Source: Methanobacteriota archaeon (GTDB lineage Archaea > Thermoplasmatota > Poseidoniia > Poseidoniales > Thalassarchaeaceae). Taken from it: 64,000 nucleotides of DNA. The stretch is taken from positions 22,741 to 86,740 of the forward strand of contig JAPOKZ010000001.1 in the NCBI GenBank assembly GCA_029977385.1, read 5' to 3'. Position 1 is the first letter of the stretch. Each line of letters opens with the position of its first letter. The notes beneath the pieces were generated by a model. The model saw only the letters and a list, made by a program, of their open reading frames with translations. It was not told where the DNA came from and did not search any database. This document shows, one piece after another, positions 36,150 to 45,883 of the stretch. The position numbers and the translations under genes were made by a program.

Positions 36150-39100
36150 ATGTTAGGTGGCAAAGCACCTCTGGCCCCTCTCCTGCTCTTCGACGCTCTC
36201 GTTCTAGGCCTGCTATTTGGCTTCGGAACCCTCAACATCCTGGATAGGCTTCTTCTGGGATCAATCCCAAACGACATGGTGTGGCTTCTACAGATAGTAC
36301 AGTCACTCTCATGTGGGTTCGCTATGGTGAAGATAGTCCTAGAGATGCCTGCAAACCCCTCACCGATGCTGGATACCCTCCGGAGAGTGGCAGTCATAAC
36401 ATCCCCCGCGTTGCTATTCGCCCTCGTTATCCTAACAATAGAAATGCTTCTCCAAGGACAGGAAAAGAGCGCGTCAATAACCTTCGACCTCACCTCTCTT
36501 GGAACCTCGACACTAATGTGGGCTGCCACCTACCTCTCCATTGCAATAGGGCTAACCCTCACCTACAAGGTGCAGAGATACGGCAACTTCGCCCAGTCCG
36601 AGCTATACATGGTCGGGATGTTCTTTGGGTTGATATTGGGTTGGAGCGAGCACTACTACGTACTAAGCGAGGCTCCATCAGACGGAGTTATCGCCTGGTC
36701 TCTCCTAATCAGAACAGTCGTATTCGCCTTCGTCCTCACTGGGATAATCGGGGTTATCATTGACAGAGCAGTATACAGGGGATTCAGGATCAGGGATGCA
36801 AGCCCGCAGGTGATGATGATCGCATCCCTCGGCGTCGCACTCATCCTGAGGTCGCTGTATTTCCTGAGATTCTCCAGCAGCAAAGAACGATTCTTCCCGG
36901 ATGCTGATTTCACTAGTCGGACATCCAAATGGGAACTACCTACCACATGGGTCAGGCTGAATCTCGGTGATAGAGACCCTGCCTCTGGCAGCTATTCCCA
37001 GTTGAACTGCGAGCAGACAGGCGTAGATGCAGGGACCGGGGAGCCAATACTGAGTCGAATTGTCTCCGAATCAAAGCCGTTGATGGAGGTTTACGACCAC
37101 TCGATCGACTGCGTAACCCCCCTCAGTTTCAACCTGTCATATGCAAATGGGTCGCTGCCTGTGGTGGTTTTCCTGTCGGTAGCTATGCTAGTTCTACTCC
37201 TTAACAAGACCAGGCTCGGAATGAGGATGAGGGCAGTGGCTGACAACCCAGAACTAGCCGCAAGTAGCGGAATCAATGTTGAGAGGGTTCAGCAGACCAG
37301 CGCATTCCTATCTGCTGGAGTGACTGGCGCAGGTGGTGCGATATTCTCTGTCACGCTCCTGTTCAACCCTGTCACCGGATTCACCATCTTGCTTCCCGCA
37401 TTCGCGGTAATTGTTCTGGGTACGATCGGATCGGTTAGTGGTGCAATCGTCGCTTCTCTGCTGGTCGGATTCGTGAGGGCCTCGTCAACCCCCATCCTGA
37501 CCGGAGTAGGCAACCCGCTCGAAAGGTCGGGATACTCTGCAATGTCCGGAGTCATACCCTATATCTTCCTGATAGCTATCCTCATTGTTCTCCCCAAGGG
37601 ATTGGGAGATGCTTGGGAGAGGTGGAGCATCGAGAGGGAGAGGATCCGGAGCCGGAGAGACAGGAAGGATCCAAATCCTGGGATAGTTGCAGCCCTGGCC
37701 ATCCTCCCTACAGGCATCCTTGGAGTCCATCATTGGGCAAGAGGAAGATCGGATAAGGCACAGAATTTCTCAATAATAGCAATCGGATCCTATGTGCTAC
37801 ATCGAATCCTCGGGTTCATCGGTGGGAACTCAATAGCCGACGGTGCATGCTCTCACGAGTGCAAGTCCAGTGGCGTAGGCTCGAACTTGGAACTTATCAC
37901 GGGGTCCGAGGGTTCCTCCCTGTCAATAGAACACTCCCCATTTCTCTTTGATCTCCCTAGAGAACAGGATCAGAAATGGTATGATCTCATGGAAACGGAG
38001 TTACAACTCGTAAACCTGCTCTCGGATATATCCGATTTACTCTGGCCATGGGTTCCAATACTCCTATGGATGATTGCCATATGGCAGGGAATTCGGCTAT
38101 TCAGTGGAGAGGGGGAACCTCGCAAGAACACAATCCCTCATGTAACAAATGTGTCCTCCATGCTGAGCCCAATCAGGAAGGAGTTCAGAGCGATAATCTC
38201 CAAGCTCTCAGATAGAATTTCTATCATCAACAACGCGCACTCTGAACTCGTGGATAAGGCCCGCCAATCCATATCGAAAACCCTATCCAACTTCTCTGGC
38301 AAGATTAGGTCCGCGCTAGCGGAGAAACTCAATAAGATCGACACAGATAGGCTTCAGAGCCTGAGCGACCCATATGGTAGAGAGGGCGAAAGAGGCTCGT
38401 GGTTCGCGTTCTCATTGATGATGCTGTTCGTAATCTGGCTAATCTGGTGGCTACCCATCACAGGCAGTCCAGACACATTCAGGTGGGACAAGATATACCA
38501 GTCATCCAATGTAATTTCTACAATCTGCGTATTCGTTCTGATGTCTTTCGCTCTCAACCTCCACACCGGTTACACTGGAATGGTCAACTTTGGGATAATC
38601 TTCTTCGTCGGTGTAGGTGCGATAACCGTCGCTATCCTCTCGGCCCCGAAAAACTACTACGGATACGGTTGGGGAATTCTACCTGCCACTATCTTTGCCG
38701 TGTTGCTATCAGCAGCAATCGGATGGGGCCTGGCCTATCCCACCGCGCGCCTCAGGACCGATTACTTCGCCATTGTTACGATATCACTCGGTGAAGTTGT
38801 CAGGATACTGCTTTCCGCAGAGCCACTGCTCAGAACAGGGCCAGTAAAATCCGCCATAGGAATCGGAAGTTTCCCACTCCCTCTCAAGGAGTGGTGGTTC
38901 TGTGGAGATGTCAAGACCGGCCCCGAGGAGCAATTCATCAGTCCGGACTACTGCAAGTGGGCGAACCCCACACTCGACTCCCCTTCGAATACCGTGTCGG
39001 AAATCCTATCTCTGGGGGGAGAGCCAGCCCCGTACTCCCTACTCTTGGCGGTGTTCTCTGTCGGGGCGGTGGCTATCGTGTGGATTCTCCTATCGAGACT

Positions 39101-39797
39101 ACTCTCATCCCCGTGGGGGAGGATTCTCAAAGCTATCAGAGAGGATGAGGATGTTGCCCAGCACCACGGTCACGATGTTCTCAGGCACAAGGCGACTAGT
39201 CTGGCTTTGGGTGCGGGCATATGCGCTCTCGCAGGGGCAATCTGGGTTTGGAAGCTCTCGGCTCTGAGTCCGACCTTCATGTCTCCAGCAGGCTCCACCT
39301 TCCTAGTCTGGGCAGCATTCATTATCGGCGGTTCTGCAAATAACAGAGGGATGCTGATAGGTGCCTCGATAATCGTGATGTCGGGTTACGTATTCAGTGT
39401 TCTCGCAGTGGCCTCAACCCCCGACCTGCCCCTATATGGGACCGCAACTAGGATCGATGAGTTGTTCATATGGCTCGTTACTGAACAATGGGAGGTGACC
39501 GGGCTCTTCCTGGCCATTCTCATGATTGGAATTTTGTCACGATCCAGTAGGATAGTGGAGTTCGGTGCATTCGGAGCTATGATTTTTGCTTTCACCGCCC
39601 TTTTCATGGATGGGTTTAGGGCATTGGCCCCAGCAGCAAACTATGCCGGAGAAATTACTGTTGCTGGAGGCGACATGTCTTACATCCGATTGATCCTAGT
39701 CGGCTCCTTGATGCTATTCTCACTCATGTTCAATCCGAAGGGACTCCTACCAGAGGTCCCTAGCAGACCTGCAAGACCATCAGGGAGGCAAGACTGA
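36150..39797 (+). CDS. livHM: Fused branched-chain amino-acid ABC permease LivH-LivM
   Basis: LivH half: AIGLTL.Y...RYGNFAQ, TRLGMRMRAVADNPELAASSGI; LivM half: LNLHTGYTGMVNFG, RLRTDYFAIVTISLGE, SPWGRILKAIREDE, IIGGSANNRG, PKGLLPE. Confidence 0.93.
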   Translation: MLGGKAPLAPLLLFDALVLGLLFGFGTLNILDRLLLGSIPNDMVWLLQIVQSLSCGFAMVKIVLEMPANPSPMLDTLRRVAVITSPALLFALVILTIEMLLQGQEKSASITFDLTSLGTSTLMWAATYLSIAIGLTLTYKVQRYGNFAQSELYMVGMFFGLILGWSEHYYVLSEAPSDGVIAWSLLIRTVVFAFVLTGIIGVIIDRAVYRGFRIRDASPQVMMIASLGVALILRSLYFLRFSSSKERFFPDADFTSRTSKWELPTTWVRLNLGDRDPASGSYSQLNCEQTGVDAGTGEPILSRIVSESKPLMEVYDHSIDCVTPLSFNLSYANGSLPVVVFLSVAMLVLLLNKTRLGMRMRAVADNPELAASSGINVERVQQTSAFLSAGVTGAGGAIFSVTLLFNPVTGFTILLPAFAVIVLGTIGSVSGAIVASLLVGFVRASSTPILTGVGNPLERSGYSAMSGVIPYIFLIAILIVLPKGLGDAWERWSIERERIRSRRDRKDPNPGIVAALAILPTGILGVHHWARGRSDKAQNFSIIAIGSYVLHRILGFIGGNSIADGACSHECKSSGVGSNLELITGSEGSSLSIEHSPFLFDLPREQDQKWYDLMETELQLVNLLSDISDLLWPWVPILLWMIAIWQGIRLFSGEGEPRKNTIPHVTNVSSMLSPIRKEFRAIISKLSDRISIINNAHSELVDKARQSISKTLSNFSGKIRSALAEKLNKIDTDRLQSLSDPYGREGERGSWFAFSLMMLFVIWLIWWLPITGSPDTFRWDKIYQSSNVISTICVFVLMSFALNLHTGYTGMVNFGIIFFVGVGAITVAILSAPKNYYGYGWGILPATIFAVLLSAAIGWGLAYPTARLRTDYFAIVTISLGEVVRILLSAEPLLRTGPVKSAIGIGSFPLPLKEWWFCGDVKTGPEEQFISPDYCKWANPTLDSPSNTVSEILSLGGEPAPYSLLLAVFSVGAVAIVWILLSRLLSSPWGRILKAIREDEDVAQHHGHDVLRHKATSLALGAGICALAGAIWVWKLSALSPTFMSPAGSTFLVWAAFIIGGSANNRGMLIGASIIVMSGYVFSVLAVASTPDLPLYGTATRIDELFIWLVTEQWEVTGLFLAILMIGILSRSSRIVEFGAFGAMIFAFTALFMDGFRALAPAANYAGEITVAGGDMSYIRLILVGSLMLFSLMFNPKGLLPEVPSRPARPSGRQD

Positions 39798-40594
39798 TGG
39801 ATGCAGTTCTGAAAGTCGAAGGTCTCCGAAAGGAGTTTGGAGGCCTGATCGCGGTCAATGACGTATCCTTCGAAATAGGCGAGGGGGAGTTTGTCGGACT
39901 AATCGGGCCCAATGGCTGTGGTAAGTCTACCACCTTCAATTGCATAAGCGGCCTTCTAGGCAAGACAGGTGGCAAGGTCTCCCTTTTCGGTAATGACGTC
40001 ACGAACATGAGGCCCGACCAGATTCAGAAACTCGGTCTCACGCGTACATTCCAAGATACTCGATTATGGAGGGAGATGACTGTAATCGAGAACGACTTGG
40101 TACCGCCTAGAAACCAATTCGGGCTTACAATCATGGAACGACTCAGATCTCTACTATTCCCAAGTCACAGTCATATGGAGGTCGAGAGACTGCGAAAGGC
40201 GTACTCTACCCTAGACCAACTGGAGGTGCCCCATATGGCCCACAATTTAACGAGCGACCTCTCTGGTGGCCAGAGCAAGCTTGTGGACATCGGGAGATCG
40301 ATGATGGGGGATCCGAGCCTGCTTCTGCTCGACGAGCCAGTAGCGGGAGTGGCTGGACCACTGGCGATGAAGATATTCAACAATCTCAGGACTATGGTCG
40401 ACGAGACTGGGATATCGGTTCTGATTATCGAGCACAACATGGACTTCATCCTCAGGCAGGGAGTCGACAGGATCGTGGTCATGAACGAGGGAGAGGTGCT
40501 GATGCAGGGAACCCCGGACGAGGTGAAGGAAAACAAAGAGGTAATCGAGGCGTACCTAGGTGCGGCAGGAGAACCGTCGGAGGGAGAGGAGTGA
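39797..40594 (+). CDS. livG: Branched-chain amino-acid ABC ATPase LivG
   Basis: FGGLIAV, GPNGCGKST, RTFQ, LSGGQ, LLLDEP.AG, IEHNMD, VIEAYLG. Confidence 0.95.
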   Translation: MDAVLKVEGLRKEFGGLIAVNDVSFEIGEGEFVGLIGPNGCGKSTTFNCISGLLGKTGGKVSLFGNDVTNMRPDQIQKLGLTRTFQDTRLWREMTVIENDLVPPRNQFGLTIMERLRSLLFPSHSHMEVERLRKAYSTLDQLEVPHMAHNLTSDLSGGQSKLVDIGRSMMGDPSLLLLDEPVAGVAGPLAMKIFNNLRTMVDETGISVLIIEHNMDFILRQGVDRIVVMNEGEVLMQGTPDEVKENKEVIEAYLGAAGEPSEGEE

Positions 40595-41313
40595 CCAAGG
40601 TACTCGAAGTGTCCGGATTAGAGGGAGGCTACGGCTCCGTGCAGATCCTCTACGGTATCGATATGTATGTCGAGGAAGGCGAGTTCGTCACGATAATTGG
40701 GCCAAACGGCTGTGGAAAGTCGACACTGATTAAGACAATATTCGGAATCGCTACCTACTATGGGGGCGGAATCGCGTACAGGGGGCAAGACATCTCCGGG
40801 TGGAGGGCCGACCAACTGGTGAACCATGGAATCGCTTACGTCCCACAGGTTGACAATGTGTTCCCTTCCCTTTCTGTTCTTGAGAATCTGCAGATGGGCG
40901 GAAACTCGCTCCCGAAGCAAACCCTCAATGAGAGGATTGAGAGATCCCTCGAGATGTTCCCTGATCTAAGGAACAGAGAGTATGATCTTGCCGCCTCACT
41001 ATCCGGCGGCGAGAGGCAAATGCTGGCAATATCTCGGGCTCTAATCTCGGACCCCAAGTTCCTACTGCTGGACGAGCCCACGGCTGCCCTCTCCCCACTG
41101 TACCAGCAGCAGATAATCCAGAGTATCGACTCGCTAAGAGATAGGGGAATTACCATTCTCATAGTTGAGCAGAATGCCAGGCTCTCTCTCGCTAGATCCG
41201 ATCGAGGGTACATCATCTCCAATGGGAAGGTAGTTCACACGGGAGACGCCCAGCACATCCTGACCGATCCCGAGATAGGGGAGTACTTCCTTGGATCCAA
41301 AGAGGACCATTAG
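40591..41313 (+). CDS. livF: Branched-chain amino-acid ABC ATPase LivF
   Basis: GYG.VQIL, GPNGCGKST, YVPQ...VFPSLSVLENL, LSGGERQMLA, LDEPTA.LSP, VEQNA; GTGA overlap with livG. Confidence 0.95.
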   Translation: MTKVLEVSGLEGGYGSVQILYGIDMYVEEGEFVTIIGPNGCGKSTLIKTIFGIATYYGGGIAYRGQDISGWRADQLVNHGIAYVPQVDNVFPSLSVLENLQMGGNSLPKQTLNERIERSLEMFPDLRNREYDLAASLSGGERQMLAISRALISDPKFLLLDEPTAALSPLYQQQIIQSIDSLRDRGITILIVEQNARLSLARSDRGYIISNGKVVHTGDAQHILTDPEIGEYFLGSKEDH

Positions 41314-41320
41314 TACCCCA

Positions 41321-43042
41321 TCAATCCATCAGAGCCTTTGCCTGCTGTGCCCACATCATCTTCGAGACCCTCCCAGGCATCAAACCTAACGCGCCATCCA
41401 CAGCTTCTGCGGTTTCTGAATCCATTCTGGAGAGTTGCTCGTAGGTCCTTATGCCCAGGACTTTCAACTTCTTCTGAGTCTCAGCATCCACTCCCTTGAT
41501 TTGAGTCAGATCATCCGACTTCCTGTCTCCAGCCTTCCCTATCTGGGCCCACTTTATCTGAGCCGCACTCAGGTCTGCAAAGATTTCATCGCCCTCATCT
41601 TCGATGATGCTAGAAGACGCCTTTTCGACCCCCTTCAACTCGAGCATTGTAATCGCCTGCTTGGTCCAATCCATCTCGATGACCTTCCCTGGTAGCATCT
41701 CAAGCGCGTCATTCACCTCCTTCGCTATAGTCGAGTCCATTCTGGACAACTGCTCGTAGGAGAACACTCCCAACGAATTGAGTTTCTTCTGGGTGAACTC
41801 GTCTATCCCGTTTATCAATGTCAGATCGTCATATGAGCTGCCTACGAAATCTCCTATCTTCTTCCAGTCTATTGACTCCCTTCTCTTGCCCACCCTCTCA
41901 AGGATTAGCAACTCTCTCTTCTCATTCTCTGCCTCTGAAGTGATTCCCTTTACGTCCTTGCCAGCGATCTCTGCCTTCAGGATTGCATCTGCCAGCTTCC
42001 TCTTTGCAGCGGCAGCTTCGGCCTTTGCCTCCTGTGCCTCTTCCTCCTCCATCTCTGCGATTAGTCGGGCCTCCTCTGCCTCTGCCTCCTCGACCTCTGC
42101 CTTCTTGGTAGCCTCCTCTGCCTCTGCTCTAGCTCTCTCAACCTCTTTCTCTGCCTTCTGAACCGCCTCGCTAGCCTCCATTGACTGGAGCTCTCTTTCG
42201 ATTTCCTCCTCTTCCTTCTCCTGAGCCAACTCCTCTATACGAGCTTCTTTCTTCGAGGCCTCAAGCTTCTCTTTCTTCTCAGCCATCTGTTCTTCCAGCT
42301 TCTTCATCTCGGCCTCTAGCCGTTCGATATCTTCCTCCGAATCGCCATCGATCTCGAGATCAGGCACCTCCCCCGCATCGCTCACCTCCTGCGATAGTTC
42401 CCTCTGTACCTCAATCTTCTCCCCTTCATTCGGATTACTAACAAACCCGTCCGTGAGCTCGGATACAATTTCCTGGATAAGGCTCAATGAGTCCTTCATC
42501 CTATGTCCGTCATTCGTCTCGTATAGAGTAACGTTCTTGCAGGATTCTTCGACCTTACGAGAATAGCTAATGGGAACGACCTCATCGAACCTTCCGTGCA
42601 TTATGGCAGTTGGATGTGCGGGAGTCGGCCACGACATCTTCTCTGCAGATTCCATAAATTCCCATGGGAGAACGATATCTAACTCGTAGCCCGTGTATCT
42701 CCTCTCCCCTGTTTCTTTCCATGCGCTCCTACCGGTTTCTTCCATCTCTTCCCAATTCTCAGCAAGTCCGAATGCAGGAGCTATCAACAGTAGCCTGATG
42801 TCCTTGTGAGGCCTCATTGATGATGCATTTGCCGCCGCTAGCCCTCCCATGGAAGATCCGACAACCAAGTCATACTCCTCTTCGTCCAAGTGCTTGACTA
42901 GGACGTCAGTCTGACTAGCGATGCTCCATCCTAGCTCCGACATTTTCGGTGCCGTCACTTTCCATCCCAGAGCCTCCTTCATGAAGGTAGGTTTGGAACC
43001 AGTTGGACTACCTTCGAATCCATGTGCAAAAAGCACTCGCAG
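41321..43042 (-). CDS. Fusion: YqiA/UPF0227-like alpha/beta hydrolase + acidic coiled coil + two HhH-like (DUF4332/NuoE-C-like) modules
   Basis: HGFEGSP, GSSMGG nucleophile elbow, APAF, HGRFDEVV, DGHR; E/K/A-rich coiled coil; twice DDLT.I.G(I/V)D....KL..LG...YEQL. Start GTG 43036 or CTG 43042. Confidence 0.85.
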   Translation of the reverse strand: MRVLFAHGFEGSPTGSKPTFMKEALGWKVTAPKMSELGWSIASQTDVLVKHLDEEEYDLVVGSSMGGLAAANASSMRPHKDIRLLLIAPAFGLAENWEEMEETGRSAWKETGERRYTGYELDIVLPWEFMESAEKMSWPTPAHPTAIMHGRFDEVVPISYSRKVEESCKNVTLYETNDGHRMKDSLSLIQEIVSELTDGFVSNPNEGEKIEVQRELSQEVSDAGEVPDLEIDGDSEEDIERLEAEMKKLEEQMAEKKEKLEASKKEARIEELAQEKEEEEIERELQSMEASEAVQKAEKEVERARAEAEEATKKAEVEEAEAEEARLIAEMEEEEAQEAKAEAAAAKRKLADAILKAEIAGKDVKGITSEAENEKRELLILERVGKRRESIDWKKIGDFVGSSYDDLTLINGIDEFTQKKLNSLGVFSYEQLSRMDSTIAKEVNDALEMLPGKVIEMDWTKQAITMLELKGVEKASSSIIEDEGDEIFADLSAAQIKWAQIGKAGDRKSDDLTQIKGVDAETQKKLKVLGIRTYEQLSRMDSETAEAVDGALGLMPGRVSKMMWAQQAKALMD

Positions 43043-43044
43043 GA

Positions 43045-43482
43045 CTAACCCTCCAAATCACAGAACGAGAGTCTCAGGAATTCGCTTTCTGTAGCCTCTC
43101 TTACCATGGAAGCCTCATTCTCTCCTAGTATTCTCAGGTGTATCTCCGCAGTGACTTCCACGGTAGCCTCGAAGAGGTGCCCACCTCTTACGATATGGCT
43201 GTCATCCGAGGCTACTATGTGGATGTGCGTGAAAGGGCCATCAGGTCCAGGAGCCAGATTCCCCTGCATGGAGAGCAACTCCATTGGCTCCTCCAATCTT
43301 ACCTTCTGATAAACACCCTCAGAGTCGAGGAATCCAATGACAGTTCCCCTAATCCTGCCTATCCCACTGGTGATCGCTGCTGTGCTGATTCTATGTTCGC
43401 TAAGGCCCCTTATCGCGTCATGTAGCTCCTCGCCCTTATCCAGTCTCACGAATAGGTCTCTTCCTAGTCGTCGATATTCCAT
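43045..43482 (-). CDS. PPC-domain (DUF296) protein
   Basis: RLDKGEE, SGIG, ELLSMQGN, HIHI...GGHL...VEVTAEI. Confidence 0.9.
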   Translation of the reverse strand: MEYRRLGRDLFVRLDKGEELHDAIRGLSEHRISTAAITSGIGRIRGTVIGFLDSEGVYQKVRLEEPMELLSMQGNLAPGPDGPFTHIHIVASDDSHIVRGGHLFEATVEVTAEIHLRILGENEASMVREATESEFLRLSFCDLEG

Positions 43483-43688
43483 GCCAATCCATTAGGGTTC
43501 TAGACTTCAATTTCACCTTTTCCAAATCAGTCTGGAGGACTCGCTTTCTGTCTTGCAGTAGAAGTCAAAAAAGTACGCAAATGCACTCTGAGAGCACTAC
43601 AATTCTCCACCGGAAGTAAGGGGGTTGGAAAATACGACCATACTGTTCATAGGCCGTGCCTTCCGAGTCGCAAAGCCCGGTGACAAAA

Positions 43689-45860
43689 ATGACAATGGCA
43701 GCACACGATGCTTCGGCCAGATGGAGGACATTCCTAGAGGAGGCAAAGGAGTCTGAGGTGATGACTCTGCTGTCTCGTCAGTCAAACTTCCCTTACCTCT
43801 CTATCCCATTCCACGAAATACAGACCTTTGACCCTGAATTTGCAGAGGATGTACTCCAGTACCCAAAGCAGATTCTTTCTGCAGGTTCCAAGACACTGAT
43901 GGAGATTTGTAGGGAGAGGGGAGAGGATATCGATGCATTACTACGGGTCGGAGAGCTACCCGGAGACATCAGAGTGCCCCTAAGAGAAATAGGAAGCTCA
44001 GACATTGACAAACTCCGTAGTGTCGATGTCATAGTGACGAAGATTTCCGAAATAAAGCCCAGAATACACAAGGCCGTCTTCAAGTGCGAGTCTTGCGGTC
44101 ATGACATAGAAATCGATCAAGAAAACGAGAGAGAGCTGAAAGAACCACTAAACTGTCCGCAGGCACTTGGAGGGTGTGGAAGCAGCAAAAACGAGACTCG
44201 ATTTGATTTAGTCCTCCTCAGCTCAAGAATGGTAAACAATCAATGGATAGAGATCCAGGAACAACCTGAGTATGTGCCAAGCGGGGCCCAGCCCAGGAGA
44301 GGGATGGTGCTAATCGAGGGGGACCAAGTCAACAATCACCTCCCCGGAGAGAGGATTACTGCGAACGTTATCCCAGTCGTCAGAAGTGAGGTAAGAAATA
44401 GGAAAAAGACCCCTATGTTCGATGTGATCTTCCATTTGATTAGCTCTGAGCACGAGAGCACTCCATTCACAGAGATATCGATTGACGAGGAGGACAGAGA
44501 AAGAATCCTCGAGGTTTCGAAGAGAGATGACCTCATGCCCCTAATCCAGCAATCGATAGCCCCCTCAATCTTCTCTACAGGCATCATAGGTCTGGTGAAG
44601 CGCTCGCTCGCCTTGCAACTATTCGGTGGAGTCTCACGAAGGCTGAACGATAAGACTAGATCCAGAGGAGATATTCACATTCTGCTCATGGGGGATCCGG
44701 GAGTAGCCAAGTCACAACTACTCACATTCATCTCTAATCTCTCTCCGAGGGGAAGATTCGCTACCGGTGGAGGGACCTCCGGAGCAGGGCTTACAGCAGC
44801 AGCAGTCAGGGACGCATTCGGTGATGGGCGATTCGCCCTAGAGGCAGGAGTGCTGCCTCTCTCCGACCGAGGACTAGCCGCAATAGACGAGTTCGACAAG
44901 ATATCTACCGATGACACTAGGATGATGCACCCAGCTATGGAGCAGCAGAAGGTCCACGTGGCGAAGGGAGGGATAACGGCTACTCTCAATTCCAGATGTG
45001 CGATCCTTGCAGCCGCCAATCCAAAGGAGGGCAGGTTCACGAAGAGGCACAAGAACACCAGCGTGATGAGGGCATACGAAGAGACCGGACTCGCTCCTGC
45101 ACTGGCTTCGAGATTCGATATCATCTGGATGATGAGAGATGAGGTCAGGATTCACGACGATGAGAGGATAGCCAGGCACATACTGGACAACCGGACCACC
45201 GGCAAGAGCGAGACTTTGATGGAGAACTCAATCGAGCTAGCCTCATCCGATAACGAGGAAGGATCCTATATCGTCAAACCTGAAAACGGGAGGAAGGAGC
45301 ATCTTAGCCAGGACTTCCTTAGGAAGTACATAGCGTTCGCAAAGAGAACAGTACACCCTCAGTTGGATCAAGAGGCAAAGAATGCGATCCTCAAGTACTA
45401 CACGGAGGAGAGACAGTCCTTCGGTCGCGAGGATGAAGGAAGGGGCGATCACGAGTTCGGGGATAAGGAATCAATAATTCCAATCACGGCCAGAGCACTA
45501 GAGGCACTAATCCGACTCACGGAGGCTCATGCAAGGATGCACCTCCAGGAAACGGCCACCGTCGAGAATGCCGAGGTGGCGCTAGCCGTATTCAAGCACT
45601 GGAGGGAAGAGTCAGGTATTGAGGACGAATCAGAGATTCATTCCGGGGTTTCCCCCAGAGTTCGAGTAAACAACCGCGCAATAATGAACATGATAGCAGA
45701 TATCTGCGAGGAAAAGGGAGAGGCTACACTCGTCGACATCTACAATATGGCAATCTCGAAGAAAATCACCGAGAATGAGGTAGACCGCGTACTAAGCAAG
45801 ATGATTGAGGGGGGGCAGTTGTACGAACCAAGGACAGAAACATACCGTTTCCCCCGTTGA
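43689..45860 (+). CDS. mcm: MCM replicative helicase
   Basis: Zn finger CESC...CPQALGGC, IEIQE.PE..P.GAQPR, SIAPSI, RGDIHILLMGDPGVAKSQ, GLTAA, LEAG.L.L.D.G...IDEFDK, AMEQQ, AAANP, SRFD, ITAR.LE..IRL..A.AR, C-terminal wHTH. No intein seen. Start 43656/43689/43695. Confidence 0.96.
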   Translation: MTMAAHDASARWRTFLEEAKESEVMTLLSRQSNFPYLSIPFHEIQTFDPEFAEDVLQYPKQILSAGSKTLMEICRERGEDIDALLRVGELPGDIRVPLREIGSSDIDKLRSVDVIVTKISEIKPRIHKAVFKCESCGHDIEIDQENERELKEPLNCPQALGGCGSSKNETRFDLVLLSSRMVNNQWIEIQEQPEYVPSGAQPRRGMVLIEGDQVNNHLPGERITANVIPVVRSEVRNRKKTPMFDVIFHLISSEHESTPFTEISIDEEDRERILEVSKRDDLMPLIQQSIAPSIFSTGIIGLVKRSLALQLFGGVSRRLNDKTRSRGDIHILLMGDPGVAKSQLLTFISNLSPRGRFATGGGTSGAGLTAAAVRDAFGDGRFALEAGVLPLSDRGLAAIDEFDKISTDDTRMMHPAMEQQKVHVAKGGITATLNSRCAILAAANPKEGRFTKRHKNTSVMRAYEETGLAPALASRFDIIWMMRDEVRIHDDERIARHILDNRTTGKSETLMENSIELASSDNEEGSYIVKPENGRKEHLSQDFLRKYIAFAKRTVHPQLDQEAKNAILKYYTEERQSFGREDEGRGDHEFGDKESIIPITARALEALIRLTEAHARMHLQETATVENAEVALAVFKHWREESGIEDESEIHSGVSPRVRVNNRAIMNMIADICEEKGEATLVDIYNMAISKKITENEVDRVLSKMIEGGQLYEPRTETYRFPR

Positions 45861-45883
45861 GCCTATGAGTACAACCCCCTCCG

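Noticed and set aside
40088..40102. LivG ENDLV instead of the usual EN(L/V)(L/M)V
   Set aside because: Single-residue oddity with all catalytic motifs intact; could be polymorphism or base-call error.
43483..43688. Replication origin next to mcm
   Set aside because: No ORB-like repeats or G-strings in repeated arrangement and no cdc6/orc1 nearby.
43689..45860. Inteins in MCM (also checked NrdJ and LigA)
   Set aside because: Conserved motifs are contiguous, lengths are normal, and I see no splice-junction or LAGLIDADG motifs.
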